DNA of 63,762 bases, the filler included, from Coriobacteriales bacterium (lineage in GTDB: Bacteria > Actinomycetota > Coriobacteriia > Coriobacteriales > UBA8131), in assembly GCA_031263105.1 (NCBI GenBank). It is 6 parts of 6 records of this genome, joined end to end, with 100 filler letters (N's around TTAATTAATTAA, not from the genome) between each part and the next. Parts side by side here need not be neighbours in the genome. Positions count along the whole stretch, not along the records: positions 1 to 19,586 come from JAISGJ010000047.1; 5 more parts are not named here. The stretch is one strand, 5' to 3'. The notes beneath the pieces are model-generated. The model did no database searches, was not told the DNA's origin, and worked only from the letters and a program-made list of their open reading frames with translations. Below, in pieces: positions 1 through 14,983 of this stretch (positions are counted from its first letter, which is position 1; each line of letters begins with the position of its first letter). Position numbers and translations under genes: made by a program.

Positions 1-171
1 TTCGTCGCGACGAGTGGTGATTTACAAGGGTACGGTGAGCGGCTATACTGGAAAAGGTTTTTGTTCGAAAAATGTCAATTCAATGGTATGATATGCCTTT
101 GAGGTGGTATCATAAGGCCTTGGTGTGCGTGGAAGGTATGCGTGGACTGGGGCAGTAGCAGGGGGTACCGA

Positions 172-1095
172 GTGGGTTCATCTAACGATATAACGCCGCG
201 GCAGGATGACGCGCCACAGTCAGCGGACGTCGGTCGCCGCCCCTCTGGGTCCCCCGGGCAGAAGCCGACATCCGCACACCCCTCTTCCCAGATAACAACC
301 CGTGCCCGCCATGCCGCGAGCACCAGCGAGCCCCAACACGGCCGTCCTCGCGCCCGCCGCGCCAAGGCAGGCGCAGCCGGCACCGCTGCCAACAACGACT
401 CCCGCACCGGCAGCGGCGCAGGCACCAAGCCCACGTCCGCGCCGGCCTCCCTCCGCGCGGCCTTTACCCGCATGTCTCCGCGCACGCGAATCGTTGCCGC
501 TGCGCTCTCCCTCGTCCTGGTCGCCGCCGTGTCCACTGCCGCCATCGCAACGGCCCTCTCCACGCGGGACAGCCTGGCCGCGACCGGCCCCCTGACCGCC
601 GTCACGGTTTTTGCCCCTGGGGAGGAGATCGGCACGTCCGGCGACGAGGCCTCCGACCCCGCCGCCGTCGGCTCCGATCCCGCCACCGACCCCGCCCTCG
701 CCGACCCGGCCGACCCGGCCGCAACCGACCCCGCCGCCGACCCGGCCGCAACAGACCCCGACACCCCCGCCGACCCGGCCGACCCCGACCCCGCCGCCGA
801 CGACCCCGACGCCCGCGACCCCGATGCCCCCGTTCTCGACCTTGCGGACAGCGGATCGCAGGCAGCGGGCACGGACGTCCCCGAGCAGCTCGAGGACCAG
901 CTCAATGCGCTGGTCGAGGAGAAGCGTGAGGAGAAGGTCAAGACCCAGACGGAGTATGGCGACATCGAGAGCATGCTCGCCTACGTCACCGAGAACGGCA
1001 CGCAGGAGGAGATCGACCGCTACACGAACCTCCTGAACGAGTACGCGCAGAAGCTCACGAAGCTCGACGAGGACATCGAGCTGTACACGCAGTAG
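172..1095 (+). CDS. Hypothetical membrane-anchored protein: basic N-terminal region, one TM helix, Asp/Pro/Ala-rich linker, helical C-terminus
   Basis: ORF 142..1095. GTG at 172 follows AGGGGG. Hydrophobic stretch IVAAALSLVLVAAVSTAAIATAL; DPA/DPD repeats; host-like GC3 bias. Confidence 0.7.
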   Translation: MGSSNDITPRQDDAPQSADVGRRPSGSPGQKPTSAHPSSQITTRARHAASTSEPQHGRPRARRAKAGAAGTAANNDSRTGSGAGTKPTSAPASLRAAFTRMSPRTRIVAAALSLVLVAAVSTAAIATALSTRDSLAATGPLTAVTVFAPGEEIGTSGDEASDPAAVGSDPATDPALADPADPAATDPAADPAATDPDTPADPADPDPAADDPDARDPDAPVLDLADSGSQAAGTDVPEQLEDQLNALVEEKREEKVKTQTEYGDIESMLAYVTENGTQEEIDRYTNLLNEYAQKLTKLDEDIELYTQ

Positions 1096-1814
1096 AGTAT
1101 CCGGCTCCGAGGCCGGCCCTGTCGGCTTCGGAGCATTCTCAACGGCCCCTGCTTCAGGGGGCCGATAGCAGGACCCGGCTCCGGTACCAGGGGGCCGGCC
1201 GCACGACCCGGCTCCGGTACAAAGGGGCCGGCCGCACCACCCGGCTTCCCGGAGTCGGCCTCGACCCCAAACGGGGTCGGTGCCACCGCTTCGCCGGTAG
1301 CAACACCGCCCGGCACGTCGGCCCATGCCGACGCAAACCCTGGACCCGCCAACGCCAACCGGTAGGGGAGAGGGGGCCGGGGCCGGTGGAGCCCCCGGAA
1401 GTCGGCAACAGTGCCCAGCAGCGCCGGGATACCACCCTTCCCCCCCGGCAGTGTTGGGGTGTTACCCAGCAGCGCCGGGATTGCTCCTTTCTCCTTGGCC
1501 TGCTGGGCGGCGCCACCCAGCAGTGCCATCCATCCTCGTCACTGCTGGGGGAGCGCCACCCCTCCCGGTCTTGCTGGGGGCCGCTGTTGCCGCCCCCAGC
1601 GAGCCACCCCCTCCCAGCTCCGTCGGGAGCCGCTCCGGCGACTCCCGGCGGGGCCCCCCCGCGTTACCGCACCACCCCGCACCACCCCGCACCACCCGCA
1701 CCACCCGGCCCGCCCCAGCGGGCGGCCCGGCCACCGCATCGTCCGCATCACCCGGCCCCGGCCGGTAGCACTGCCCGGCGGCCCCTGGGGCCCGCAGAGG
1801 AAAAGGAGTGTCCC

Positions 1815-4800
1815 GTGTTACTCAAATCAAGGAGCGTCCTCGTAATCATCGCCCTCGCGCTGGTGGCTGCCATCGCGGGGACCGTCATCGTCCTCAACAC
1901 GGGCAAGACGGCCACCACCTTCCCGGAGGACGGCTACGTCTTTGCCGAGCCCCAGGAGGGCGAGGAGGGCGGCTACACGTCGCCGCAGATCCGCTTCAAG
2001 GCGGGCAGCGCCTACGAGAACAACTTTGAGCAGGACCTCGTCTTCACGGGTGAGGAGGGCCAGAAAGAGGCCCTTGCGGACTACGGCTTCGTCCATTACA
2101 CGAGCGGCGCGATCTCCACGCTGAAGCCCGGCGTCGTCATGAGCCTCTCCAACCTCGACAACGAGGGCTTCACGGGCTACTCGGTCACCCCCGCCAACGT
2201 CATCGAGAAGGCGGGCAACGGCTACGCGATCAGCCACTTCGACAGCAGCATCCCCTTCGAGTCCCTCGTCGTGAAGCTCAACGAGGGCCAGTACCTCTTC
2301 GCGGGCGCCAGCCTCGAGGTCAACCAGGGCGAGTCCGAGACGCCGGTGCCCAACGGCTTCGTCGAGGTCAACTACATCGACAACGGCGTCATCGAGATCG
2401 TCTCCGACGAGCAGACCATCCTCACGGTCGCCAACGACACGAGGCTCACGATCAACGACGACATCGTGGTGGACCTGAGCAAGCGGGAGATAGAATCGGG
2501 CGAGACGGGCCTGGGGCTCTCCCAGATCGTCGTGGACGGGACGGACAACATCGAGGTCACCGAGGTCGCTGCCAACGAGGTCACGGGCGTCAAGCTCCCC
2601 ACCTTCACGGTGATCGACGGCACGGACGGCTCGGCAGGCTCGGCGGGCACCTCCGGCACCTCGGGCACGGGCGGCGCGGACGGCGCCGAGGGCAGCTCCG
2701 GCGGCGGCGGCACGGCGGGCAGCGCCGGCCAGGCCGGCCAGGTGGGCGCGCCCGGCGCGGACGGCATCTACGGCGTCGACGGCGCCTCGGGTGCGGACGG
2801 CGCGGGCGGCACGGGCTACGAGGACCCTGACGACCCCGGCACGGGCGACGACCCGGGCGACACGCCCACCCCCGTCAAGCCGAACATCCCCAACTACGAG
2901 CTGCCGGTGTTCACGCTGGCCAGCTGGGACGTGACGGCCATCACGGCGCGCGGCAGCATCGCGCTCGACGACCAGGGCAAGGTCCAGCTCGACGGCGACC
3001 CCACGCTCACGATCCTCAACACGGCGACGGGCCAGCCGCTCACGGGCGTGACCTTCTCGCCGGGCGGCGACGGCTACATCGTCTCGACGGACAGCCTGGT
3101 GCCGGGGCAGTCCTACCAGCTCATCGTCGAGGGCAGCTACACGATAGACGGCATCTCCTACAACCGCCAGTTCCTCACGAAGAACTTCATCGCAGACAAC
3201 ATCGGCCTCTCGCTGCTCTACGACAGCGCGACGGACAGCGAGATAACCGTCAACGCCTACAAGGAGGCCTACTCATACGCCAAGAGCGTCAAGGTGAGCA
3301 TCTTCGACGTGAAGACCGGTCTGGAGGTGGGCTCGGACACGGTCTCCCTCGACGCGGGGGACAACCTGGTCACCTTCTACGGCCTCAACAACGTCGAGCA
3401 GTACCGCATCCAGATGAGCGACCTCGTCTACGAGACGGCGGAGGGCGACACGATCACCCAGCCGGTGGGCACGGCCTACGGGGACGCGGTCGTCGCCTCG
3501 ACCGTCCAGAACCTCACCTCCATCATGGTGGCGACCCCCAACTTCAACACGGACCGCACGGCCTCGACCTTCACGCTGTGGCCTGGCACGACCTCGGGCC
3601 TTGAGATGAACCGCATCCAGGCCTACCGCTACGAGTACTACCAAGGGGATCCCTCCGCGCCGGGAAGTGCACAGAACCAGCTTGTCTTCGATGCTAACGG
3701 CGTGGTAACGGGGATAAAACCGAACGAGACGGCCGTGAAGGTCGTCACGAGCAACACGCGCTCGGCCACGATCACCGACGTGAGTCCCGTCGCCCAGGCC
3801 GACAGGTCCAACCTCACGTGGAACACCCAGTACTATGCGCGCGTCGTCGTCGAGTACAGCGACGGCCAGTACCTCCACGACCTTGCGAGCCCCTTCACGA
3901 GCCTCATCCAGCTCACGGGCTCCAGCATGCCCCTCATCAAGTGGATGCCCATGTACCTGCCGGGCCAGTTGGTGGCCGCAGAGTACTACGATCGCGTGGT
4001 GGGCAACATCGAGGTCACGAAGAACGGCGCGACCGTCGAGCCGGGCCAGCCCTTCACCATCAAGTTCGAGAACACGGAGATTGACCATATCCTCGGGATA
4101 CCCGTCAACGGCAACCCGTCCGCGAGCGCGGACGCGAAGATGGAGATGAGCAACTTCGACGACACCACGGTGCTGAAGTTCGACATCATAGTCAACACGC
4201 CCAAGCTCGCGCAGGACGACCCCTACGTCATCAGCGTCTGGGGTTCGGTTGATCTCCATGACGGCAAGGGCTACCGCCTCATGTCCCTCGGCCGCATCCC
4301 TGTCAACACGACGGAATCCCAGGTGCTCGCCGTTGCCATGCAGGAGCTGGACTCCGCCGTCCCAGGCGAGATGTTCACCTTCAACACCTGGATGACGGAC
4401 GTCGCCAACGGGGCCGACGCGAGCTACGAGGGCAGCAACCTCGCGAAGGTCACCTACAAGCTCTACTCAGGCTACGGCGACCCCGACGTGGACACGCTGC
4501 TCGGCGAGTACACGGTCAACAGCACGACGGGCACCCAGGGCAAGCCCGAGATGAGCAGCCTCCCGGGCCCCTACTACAAGGGCGTCTACACGGACGACCT
4601 CAGCACCCTCACGGATCCCGACCCTGCCAAGCAGACGGCGCTTCGGACCCCGTGGCAGATCAGCAACAGCGACTTCTCGGTGACGAACGCCGAGCTTGCG
4701 AACCACCCTGTGGTGACGGTCGTGGTGGACAAGCACGAAGGTGCCGTGGACTACACCTCGGGCCTTGGCACCTCCAACATCTTCGTCAACAAGTTCGAGC

Positions 4801-7800
4801 TCCAAGACGCCGACCCTGCGAAGCAGGGCACGGCCCAAGAGCTCAAGCTCGAGCTGACCGTGGCACAGACGGCCCCCACCCCGCCCGAGAAGGGCAAGAA
4901 CGCCCTCACGACGGTCGTGCTCACGGAGGGCACAGCCAAAAACTACGTCCCCACCTATGCCATGCGCGAGGGCGTTGACCCCGACACGGTGGTGGGCTTC
5001 CAGATCAGGGCAGACTTCGCGGCACCGGAGCTGGCGCTCCAGGTGAACTACTACCTGCGCCAGAACAAGCTGCACTACACCCTCGCGGGCGAGGTGGACA
5101 ACCCCGTGGCGGACATCCAGGACCCCCTGCCCCACAGCGCGGCGACCTCGGAGCTCGTCGCGGGCAACGTCAACCAGATAGAGCTCTCCCCCACGGCTTC
5201 CGACCCCTCTGACAGGGAGAAGATCACGCTGCCCGTGCGCCGCAACGCACAGAACCAGGCGACGATTCCCACGCTCGTCCTCATGTTCGGCAAGGGCCTG
5301 GACATCCTGCCGGGGGACGGCGGCTCGGGCGACGCCACGGACACCACCACCTTCTACAAGTACCTCGCCAACGACGACACGTCACTCCCCTCGAATCCCA
5401 CCTTGGCAGAGCTCCTTGCGTCCGAGGCGCGCTGGCGCGGCTGGACCTACTACGCCACCTATACGGCCCTCCTCACCCTCACCCCTCCGGGCGGGGTCGT
5501 CGGCGACCCCTACCTCTATCCCTTCAACTTCGATGCCTCGGGCTGGCGGGCCGACTCTGCGGACGGCACCAACCCTGAGAACCTGCTCTACTCCCGGCGC
5601 ATGGTCGCCCGTAAGGTGGCGGCGGCCTTCGAGCGCTACGCCTCCGTCTCGGACGCAGGCTCCGAGACCTGGAAGTTCCGCCTGAAGGACCCCGACGGCG
5701 TGATCCCGGAGAGCTCGGCAGACAAGTTCGAGCTCACGGTGACGAGCGACCCCGAGGCCAGCCAGCCGGGCAGCCCCGTCGTCGGCACCGTCGAGGTGGG
5801 CATCCCCGCCGACGAGACCGCGTGGGAATCGATGGAGCTGCGGCCCGGCGCAGGCGTCGACCTCGTGGCGGACGCGACCTACAAGACCTCCTACCAGCAG
5901 AGCCTGTGGAACCCAGCCATCACCCAGAACATGGCCGGCCTCTCCACGGAGGCGACCCAGGAGTTCATGCCGCGCTACCACCAGCTGGTCATAGACGACG
6001 CCACGATGAAGGGCACCGGATATATCGGCGACGCCGGGACCGGAAACTGGGCGATCGTCTCGGACCTCTCGCGCAACGCCGTCTTCTTCACGCTGCACAG
6101 CCTCGGAGACAACACTACCGAGGGCCTCAAGAAGTTCAACCGCGTGGCGGCCCTGAAGGTGACGACGACAGGCTCCATAACCAGCACCCCCAAGACCTTC
6201 ATCGTGCCCTTTGTCAAGGACACCGTCAACAACGCCGAGGAGCCCTGCGTGTCGATAGGCTACGCGGCCCTTGCTGCCGCAGGCTATATCGGCGGCGAGA
6301 AGATCACGTGCAGCGTGGAGGTCGTCTTCGACACCGGCCTGCGCGGCCTTGGTCTGGGCACGGGCTTCGACGCCTTCGCCCTCCAGACGATAGGGGAGAA
6401 CAACGTGACCCCCAACGTCCCGGGCAAGTACTACCTCCTCAACGCAGGCGGCGACTTCCTGCCGCGCGGGCCCGCCAACGCGCCGAGCGGCCAGTACTAC
6501 GACACGGCCAACAGCGGCTTCACCCCCGGTGCGACCTTCAGGGCCATCGGCACCTTGGCCTATCAAAGCGTCGCCAACAGCGCCGACGGCCTGGCGCACA
6601 ACTCCACGCGGGCCCTGGCGGCAAGCGCCGACGGCCCGCGCCTCGGGGCGGAGTACCCGGCCTTCAAGGTCCTGGACACGGTGAAGCTCTCCCAGCACGC
6701 GACTTTGAGCGAAGACCAGTTCGACATGGAGACCGTGGTGCCCGAGGTGCGCAACGTGACCACGGCGACCGGCCTCACCGACGCCACGATACGCTTCGAC
6801 GTCTTCGGCGGCAACGCCCTCGACCAGGTGGACGGCCTGCTCGGGGACACCAACTATTCTAGCCCCGAGAATCACACGGGGGATGCCGACTACCCCGACC
6901 TCACCGCAGGCACCCTCGGCAGCCCCACGATCTTCACGGCCCCGGACACCTTCACGAAGCTGACCACCGCCGGGTACAACGGCAAGAGGTGGATCCTCGT
7001 CAACGTCACCAAGAGGAGGACGAACGGCACGACGCTTGACCGCGAGGTGGACGGCTCCCCCTTCCTGCTCGAATGGGTCAACCAGCCGGTCACGAACACC
7101 AACAGCTACACGCTCCCGCTCGCGAACCTCGACCAGGAGCGGACCTACCAGTTCACCATCAAGGGCGTGGTGACGGGCAAGGGCAATCCCGGCGACTTCT
7201 CGGGCAACACCGCAGTCGACGACGGCGGCGTCATCTCGCCCTTGCTCACCATCACGAGCCGCGCGGATATGTACTTCCTCGACCAGGCCATAGGGAGCAC
7301 GGGGCGCCGCTACACCTTCTCGACGAGCAAGGCGCTCGGCGTCGGCACGGTGGACAACCCCGTGAGGCTCACCTACACGGCCACCGACTACTACACCAAG
7401 AACCTGCGCATCGACTACGGCATCACCCAGGCAGGCTCCTTCCTCGTCGAGTACGTGTTCACGGACACCACGTCCGGCCTGACGAACGGCCAGACCTACA
7501 CCTACACGAGCCTGAAGAGCGTGCAGACGACCTCCATGACGGACACCATACCGCTGCCTCTGGGGATAGACGACGACATCAACGACGGCGATCCCCTGAC
7601 ACTGCCCAACAACCCCTTCTGGTACTATGACAACCACACCTACACGGTCGAGGTGGTGTTCCGGGACAAGGGCATCGTCGGCAACCCGGAGCTGGCGCGC
7701 TCGGCCGCCACGGCCTTCACGATGCGCAGGCTCAACGTGCCGCAGTTCGTCGTGGCTGCCACGCCTGACGAGAACAGCGCCGCCGTCACCTTCGCCATCT

Positions 7801-8567
7801 CCCCCATCGACAACGACAAGGTGGTCGTGGACGGCACGTACATGCTGCGCCTCATCAATGCTGCGGGCACGGACGTCACCTCGGGCATCACGATCGCCGC
7901 AGGCTCCGGCGCCTACTCGGGCCAGCTCCTGAGGGACGCGGCCTTCACCTTCAGCGACCTCAACAAGATCCAGACCATCGTGCTGCCGGAGGCCTCGGGC
8001 TACCCCGGGACGCCCGGCACCGACGGCCTGCTTCGAGGCACGGACTACTTCCTCCAGCTCTACGCGGTCAACGACATCGTCGATTCTTCGGTGCCACCTG
8101 GCACCTTTGGCAACACCGGCGCCCTGCCGAACGTCTTTGAGCTCTACGAGAACGGCGGCGGGGCCAACCCCAAGGTCGATGTGGGCGACCCGCTCTTCGA
8201 CGCCACCTTCCAGCGCACGCTGCGCGTCACCACCCTGGGTCCCGACATCGTGAGCTTTGGCGACGCGTGGACGCAGACCGCTGCGAACAACACCATCCGC
8301 GTGAACTTCGAGGGCGCGAAGAACCTCGGTCAGGCGACACAGGTCCGCTACACGGTCTACTCCAGCAACGCGTCCTTCACCTGGACCACGCCTGCCCCGA
8401 TCGCCTTCAACCGGCAGACGGACAACAGCGTCAGCCCCTCGATGGACTACGTCGTGCTCATGGAGCCCAACCTTGCCTCCAAGGGCCTGTACTACATCAC
8501 GATGCAGTTCTACGACGGCTCGGGCAACGCCAAGGGCGAGGTTTCGACGACCTACCGCTTCAGCTGA
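1815..8567 (+). CDS. Giant (~2250 aa) N-terminally anchored extracellular protein with a Gly-X-Y tract and probable beta-sandwich (FN3/Ig-like) domains
   Basis: ORF 1386..8567; GTG at 1815 follows AAGGAG (1803-1808). N-terminal TM VLVIIALALVAAIAGTVIVL; 22 Gly-X-Y triplets at 2619-2816; T/V/D/G-rich beta-type composition. Fold assignment is inference. Confidence 0.85.
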   Translation: MLLKSRSVLVIIALALVAAIAGTVIVLNTGKTATTFPEDGYVFAEPQEGEEGGYTSPQIRFKAGSAYENNFEQDLVFTGEEGQKEALADYGFVHYTSGAISTLKPGVVMSLSNLDNEGFTGYSVTPANVIEKAGNGYAISHFDSSIPFESLVVKLNEGQYLFAGASLEVNQGESETPVPNGFVEVNYIDNGVIEIVSDEQTILTVANDTRLTINDDIVVDLSKREIESGETGLGLSQIVVDGTDNIEVTEVAANEVTGVKLPTFTVIDGTDGSAGSAGTSGTSGTGGADGAEGSSGGGGTAGSAGQAGQVGAPGADGIYGVDGASGADGAGGTGYEDPDDPGTGDDPGDTPTPVKPNIPNYELPVFTLASWDVTAITARGSIALDDQGKVQLDGDPTLTILNTATGQPLTGVTFSPGGDGYIVSTDSLVPGQSYQLIVEGSYTIDGISYNRQFLTKNFIADNIGLSLLYDSATDSEITVNAYKEAYSYAKSVKVSIFDVKTGLEVGSDTVSLDAGDNLVTFYGLNNVEQYRIQMSDLVYETAEGDTITQPVGTAYGDAVVASTVQNLTSIMVATPNFNTDRTASTFTLWPGTTSGLEMNRIQAYRYEYYQGDPSAPGSAQNQLVFDANGVVTGIKPNETAVKVVTSNTRSATITDVSPVAQADRSNLTWNTQYYARVVVEYSDGQYLHDLASPFTSLIQLTGSSMPLIKWMPMYLPGQLVAAEYYDRVVGNIEVTKNGATVEPGQPFTIKFENTEIDHILGIPVNGNPSASADAKMEMSNFDDTTVLKFDIIVNTPKLAQDDPYVISVWGSVDLHDGKGYRLMSLGRIPVNTTESQVLAVAMQELDSAVPGEMFTFNTWMTDVANGADASYEGSNLAKVTYKLYSGYGDPDVDTLLGEYTVNSTTGTQGKPEMSSLPGPYYKGVYTDDLSTLTDPDPAKQTALRTPWQISNSDFSVTNAELANHPVVTVVVDKHEGAVDYTSGLGTSNIFVNKFELQDADPAKQGTAQELKLELTVAQTAPTPPEKGKNALTTVVLTEGTAKNYVPTYAMREGVDPDTVVGFQIRADFAAPELALQVNYYLRQNKLHYTLAGEVDNPVADIQDPLPHSAATSELVAGNVNQIELSPTASDPSDREKITLPVRRNAQNQATIPTLVLMFGKGLDILPGDGGSGDATDTTTFYKYLANDDTSLPSNPTLAELLASEARWRGWTYYATYTALLTLTPPGGVVGDPYLYPFNFDASGWRADSADGTNPENLLYSRRMVARKVAAAFERYASVSDAGSETWKFRLKDPDGVIPESSADKFELTVTSDPEASQPGSPVVGTVEVGIPADETAWESMELRPGAGVDLVADATYKTSYQQSLWNPAITQNMAGLSTEATQEFMPRYHQLVIDDATMKGTGYIGDAGTGNWAIVSDLSRNAVFFTLHSLGDNTTEGLKKFNRVAALKVTTTGSITSTPKTFIVPFVKDTVNNAEEPCVSIGYAALAAAGYIGGEKITCSVEVVFDTGLRGLGLGTGFDAFALQTIGENNVTPNVPGKYYLLNAGGDFLPRGPANAPSGQYYDTANSGFTPGATFRAIGTLAYQSVANSADGLAHNSTRALAASADGPRLGAEYPAFKVLDTVKLSQHATLSEDQFDMETVVPEVRNVTTATGLTDATIRFDVFGGNALDQVDGLLGDTNYSSPENHTGDADYPDLTAGTLGSPTIFTAPDTFTKLTTAGYNGKRWILVNVTKRRTNGTTLDREVDGSPFLLEWVNQPVTNTNSYTLPLANLDQERTYQFTIKGVVTGKGNPGDFSGNTAVDDGGVISPLLTITSRADMYFLDQAIGSTGRRYTFSTSKALGVGTVDNPVRLTYTATDYYTKNLRIDYGITQAGSFLVEYVFTDTTSGLTNGQTYTYTSLKSVQTTSMTDTIPLPLGIDDDINDGDPLTLPNNPFWYYDNHTYTVEVVFRDKGIVGNPELARSAATAFTMRRLNVPQFVVAATPDENSAAVTFAISPIDNDKVVVDGTYMLRLINAAGTDVTSGITIAAGSGAYSGQLLRDAAFTFSDLNKIQTIVLPEASGYPGTPGTDGLLRGTDYFLQLYAVNDIVDSSVPPGTFGNTGALPNVFELYENGGGANPKVDVGDPLFDATFQRTLRVTTLGPDIVSFGDAWTQTAANNTIRVNFEGAKNLGQATQVRYTVYSSNASFTWTTPAPIAFNRQTDNSVSPSMDYVVLMEPNLASKGLYYITMQFYDGSGNAKGEVSTTYRFS

Positions 8568-8586
8568 TAACGAAAGGGAAGCAACA

Positions 8587-10697
<2,111 letters not shown>

Positions 10698-10726
10698 GCC
10701 CGGCGGCGTATGAAAGGACAGGTGCC

Positions 10727-11512
10727 TTGGATACCATAGGCATATTCATCGCGGTCGTGGTGATACTCCTGGTGATGGACGGCTTCTTCTTCCTCGCCTT
10801 CCGTGGCATCGTCGCCACGGTGGGCCGCTTCGCGCAGAACAACGTGCTGCGCCAGGCGGGCATCCTGGACGAGCTGATCTACAAGAAGGAGGAGACGCTG
10901 CTGAACCTGCAGCACGAGCTCGACGAGCGGCAGGCCCGCGTCGACGAGTTCGACGAGCTGGCGGCCCCCACCCAGGGCCCGCGCACGGCCGCCCCCGACT
11001 ACCAGACGGTGTCCCAGGGCACGTACAAGGACGCCGACTTCGTGCGCGAGTACCGCGAGATACGCAGCAACTTCGTCTTCGACAGCGGCCAGGTGGCGCG
11101 CGAGACGCTCGAACGTCTCCCCACCGAGCGCGACCCCAGGGTCGCCGCCGCACGGCGCATACTCGACGAGGTGGACCTCGAGGTCACCTACGGCCTCATG
11201 ACGCTCTCGGGCGAGGAGCAGCAGACGCTGCTCGCCGAGCTCTTCGAGGGCGAGCAGAGGGCCCTGCTCGACGAGTACGCAGAGAGAAGCGGCTACTTCG
11301 AGATATACGACTTCCTGGGCTGGCTCAAGCAGTACGTCTTCGCCAACGACGTAGAGGTCAGCATCCGCACGAGCCGCCCCGGGGAGAACTTCGACAGTCT
11401 GGACGAGCGCGTCCAGACGAGCTATGACGATACGCTGTGCGAGGGCATCAGCATAGTGTCGGCGGGAAAGCTGTATGACTTTTCCATTCGGAACAGGGAG
11501 ATCATTGGATGA
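10727..11512 (+). CDS. Subunit b/delta-like fusion (peripheral stalk)
   Basis: TTG at 10727 after GAAAGGA. N-terminal TM, coiled coil (KKEETLLNLQHELDERQARVDEF), C-terminus SYDDTLCEGISIVSAGKLYDFSI resembling the delta/OSCP C-terminal DxxLxGGxxI..G...D.S pattern; located between c and alpha. Confidence 0.65.
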   Translation: MDTIGIFIAVVVILLVMDGFFFLAFRGIVATVGRFAQNNVLRQAGILDELIYKKEETLLNLQHELDERQARVDEFDELAAPTQGPRTAAPDYQTVSQGTYKDADFVREYREIRSNFVFDSGQVARETLERLPTERDPRVAAARRILDEVDLEVTYGLMTLSGEEQQTLLAELFEGEQRALLDEYAERSGYFEIYDFLGWLKQYVFANDVEVSIRTSRPGENFDSLDERVQTSYDDTLCEGISIVSAGKLYDFSIRNREIIG

Positions 11513-12828
11513 GTACGAAACTGAACGACTCCATCAGCGAGAAGGTCGCCGCCATCAAGGAGGGCAGGAACGTCTACCAGGTGGGCCGTGTCACGAGGAT
11601 GCGCAACTACATCATCGAGGTCTCAGGCCTTGAGGAGGCAGGCTACTTCGAGCGCGTCACGGTCGCGGACAAGGCCGAGGGCTACGTCAGCCGCATCGGC
11701 AAGTACACCGTGACCATCGAGCTGGTGAAGGTCAACGGCCCCATCCATGTGGGCGACGAGGTGATAGCGACGGGCAAGCCCTTCGGCGCCTGGTTCTCGC
11801 CCGACTCCATCGGCAAGGTGGTGGACATGTTCGCGGAGGACAAGCTCACGGGCCTCATGTTCAAGGACCGCCAGCCCATCCCCGCCGTCGCCCCTCCCAT
11901 CCCCATCATCGACCGCACACAGGTCAACCGCCCGCTGTACACGGGCCTCGCGAGCATCGACCTCATGTACCCCATAGGGCGCGGCCAGCGCCAGCTCATC
12001 CTGGGCGACAAGAAGACGGGCAAGACCCAGATAGCCCTCGACGCCATCGCCAACCAGAAGGGCCAGGGCGTCATCTGCCTGTACGTGGCGCTCGGCAAGA
12101 CGAAGAAGGCCGTCAAGGAGATCTACGCCGAGCTCATGTCCCGTGGCGTCATGGACTACACCATCGTCCTCGCCGCTTTCCAGGACGACGGCGCGCCGGC
12201 CCTCTACATGACGCCGCAGGTGGGCGCCTCCATCGCGAACATCTACATGCGCCAGGGCTCCGACGTGCTCATGGTGCTCGACGACCTCACGCTCCACGCG
12301 AACATCTACCGCGAGATCAGCCTGCTCGTCGGCAAGGTGCCCGGCCGCGACGCCTACCCGCCGGACATCTTCTTCGTGCACGCGAGCCTGCTCGAGCAGG
12401 GCTGCCAGCACAAGGACGGCGGCTCGATCACCATCCTTCCCATCGCGGAGACGCGCGGCGGCGACATCACGGACTACATCACGACGAACATCATATCCAT
12501 CACGGACGGGCAGATCGTGCTCTCGGCCAAGGAGTTCGAGAAGGGCCAGAAGCCGGCCATCAACTTCGGCCTCTCCGTCTCGCGCCTCGGCGGCCAGGTC
12601 CAGGACAAGAGCCTCAAGCAGATAGGCGCCGACATCCGCCGCGAGCTGCTCTCCTACCTGGAGCGCCGCGAGGTCTTCGAGCTTGCGAACATCGACGAGA
12701 TGAGCGTCGAGATGCGCACGCAGATCATACGCGGCCGCGAGATACTCAAGCGCATGAACCAGTACAAGTTCACGCCGCTTGCGCCCGACGACATGCCCCC
12801 GCGCTTCGCGGACCTCGTGGGGGCCTGA
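11509..12828 (+). CDS. atpA: F1 ATPase alpha subunit, divergent and C-terminally shortened (439 aa)
   Basis: PIGRGQRQLILGDKKTGKT, PGRDAYPPD, TNIISITDGQI, arginine-finger motif GLSVSRLG. Confidence 0.95.
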   Translation: MSTKLNDSISEKVAAIKEGRNVYQVGRVTRMRNYIIEVSGLEEAGYFERVTVADKAEGYVSRIGKYTVTIELVKVNGPIHVGDEVIATGKPFGAWFSPDSIGKVVDMFAEDKLTGLMFKDRQPIPAVAPPIPIIDRTQVNRPLYTGLASIDLMYPIGRGQRQLILGDKKTGKTQIALDAIANQKGQGVICLYVALGKTKKAVKEIYAELMSRGVMDYTIVLAAFQDDGAPALYMTPQVGASIANIYMRQGSDVLMVLDDLTLHANIYREISLLVGKVPGRDAYPPDIFFVHASLLEQGCQHKDGGSITILPIAETRGGDITDYITTNIISITDGQIVLSAKEFEKGQKPAINFGLSVSRLGGQVQDKSLKQIGADIRRELLSYLERREVFELANIDEMSVEMRTQIIRGREILKRMNQYKFTPLAPDDMPPRFADLVGA

Positions 12829-12830
12829 GC

Positions 12831-14974
<2,144 letters not shown>

Positions 14975-14983
14975 GCGCCCCCC

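Noticed and set aside
1386..1814. N-terminal extension of the giant ORF (similar extensions on ORFs starting 8473, 10343, 20427, 55600)
   Set aside because: Low-complexity or repeat-derived sequence; better starts with RBS lie downstream.
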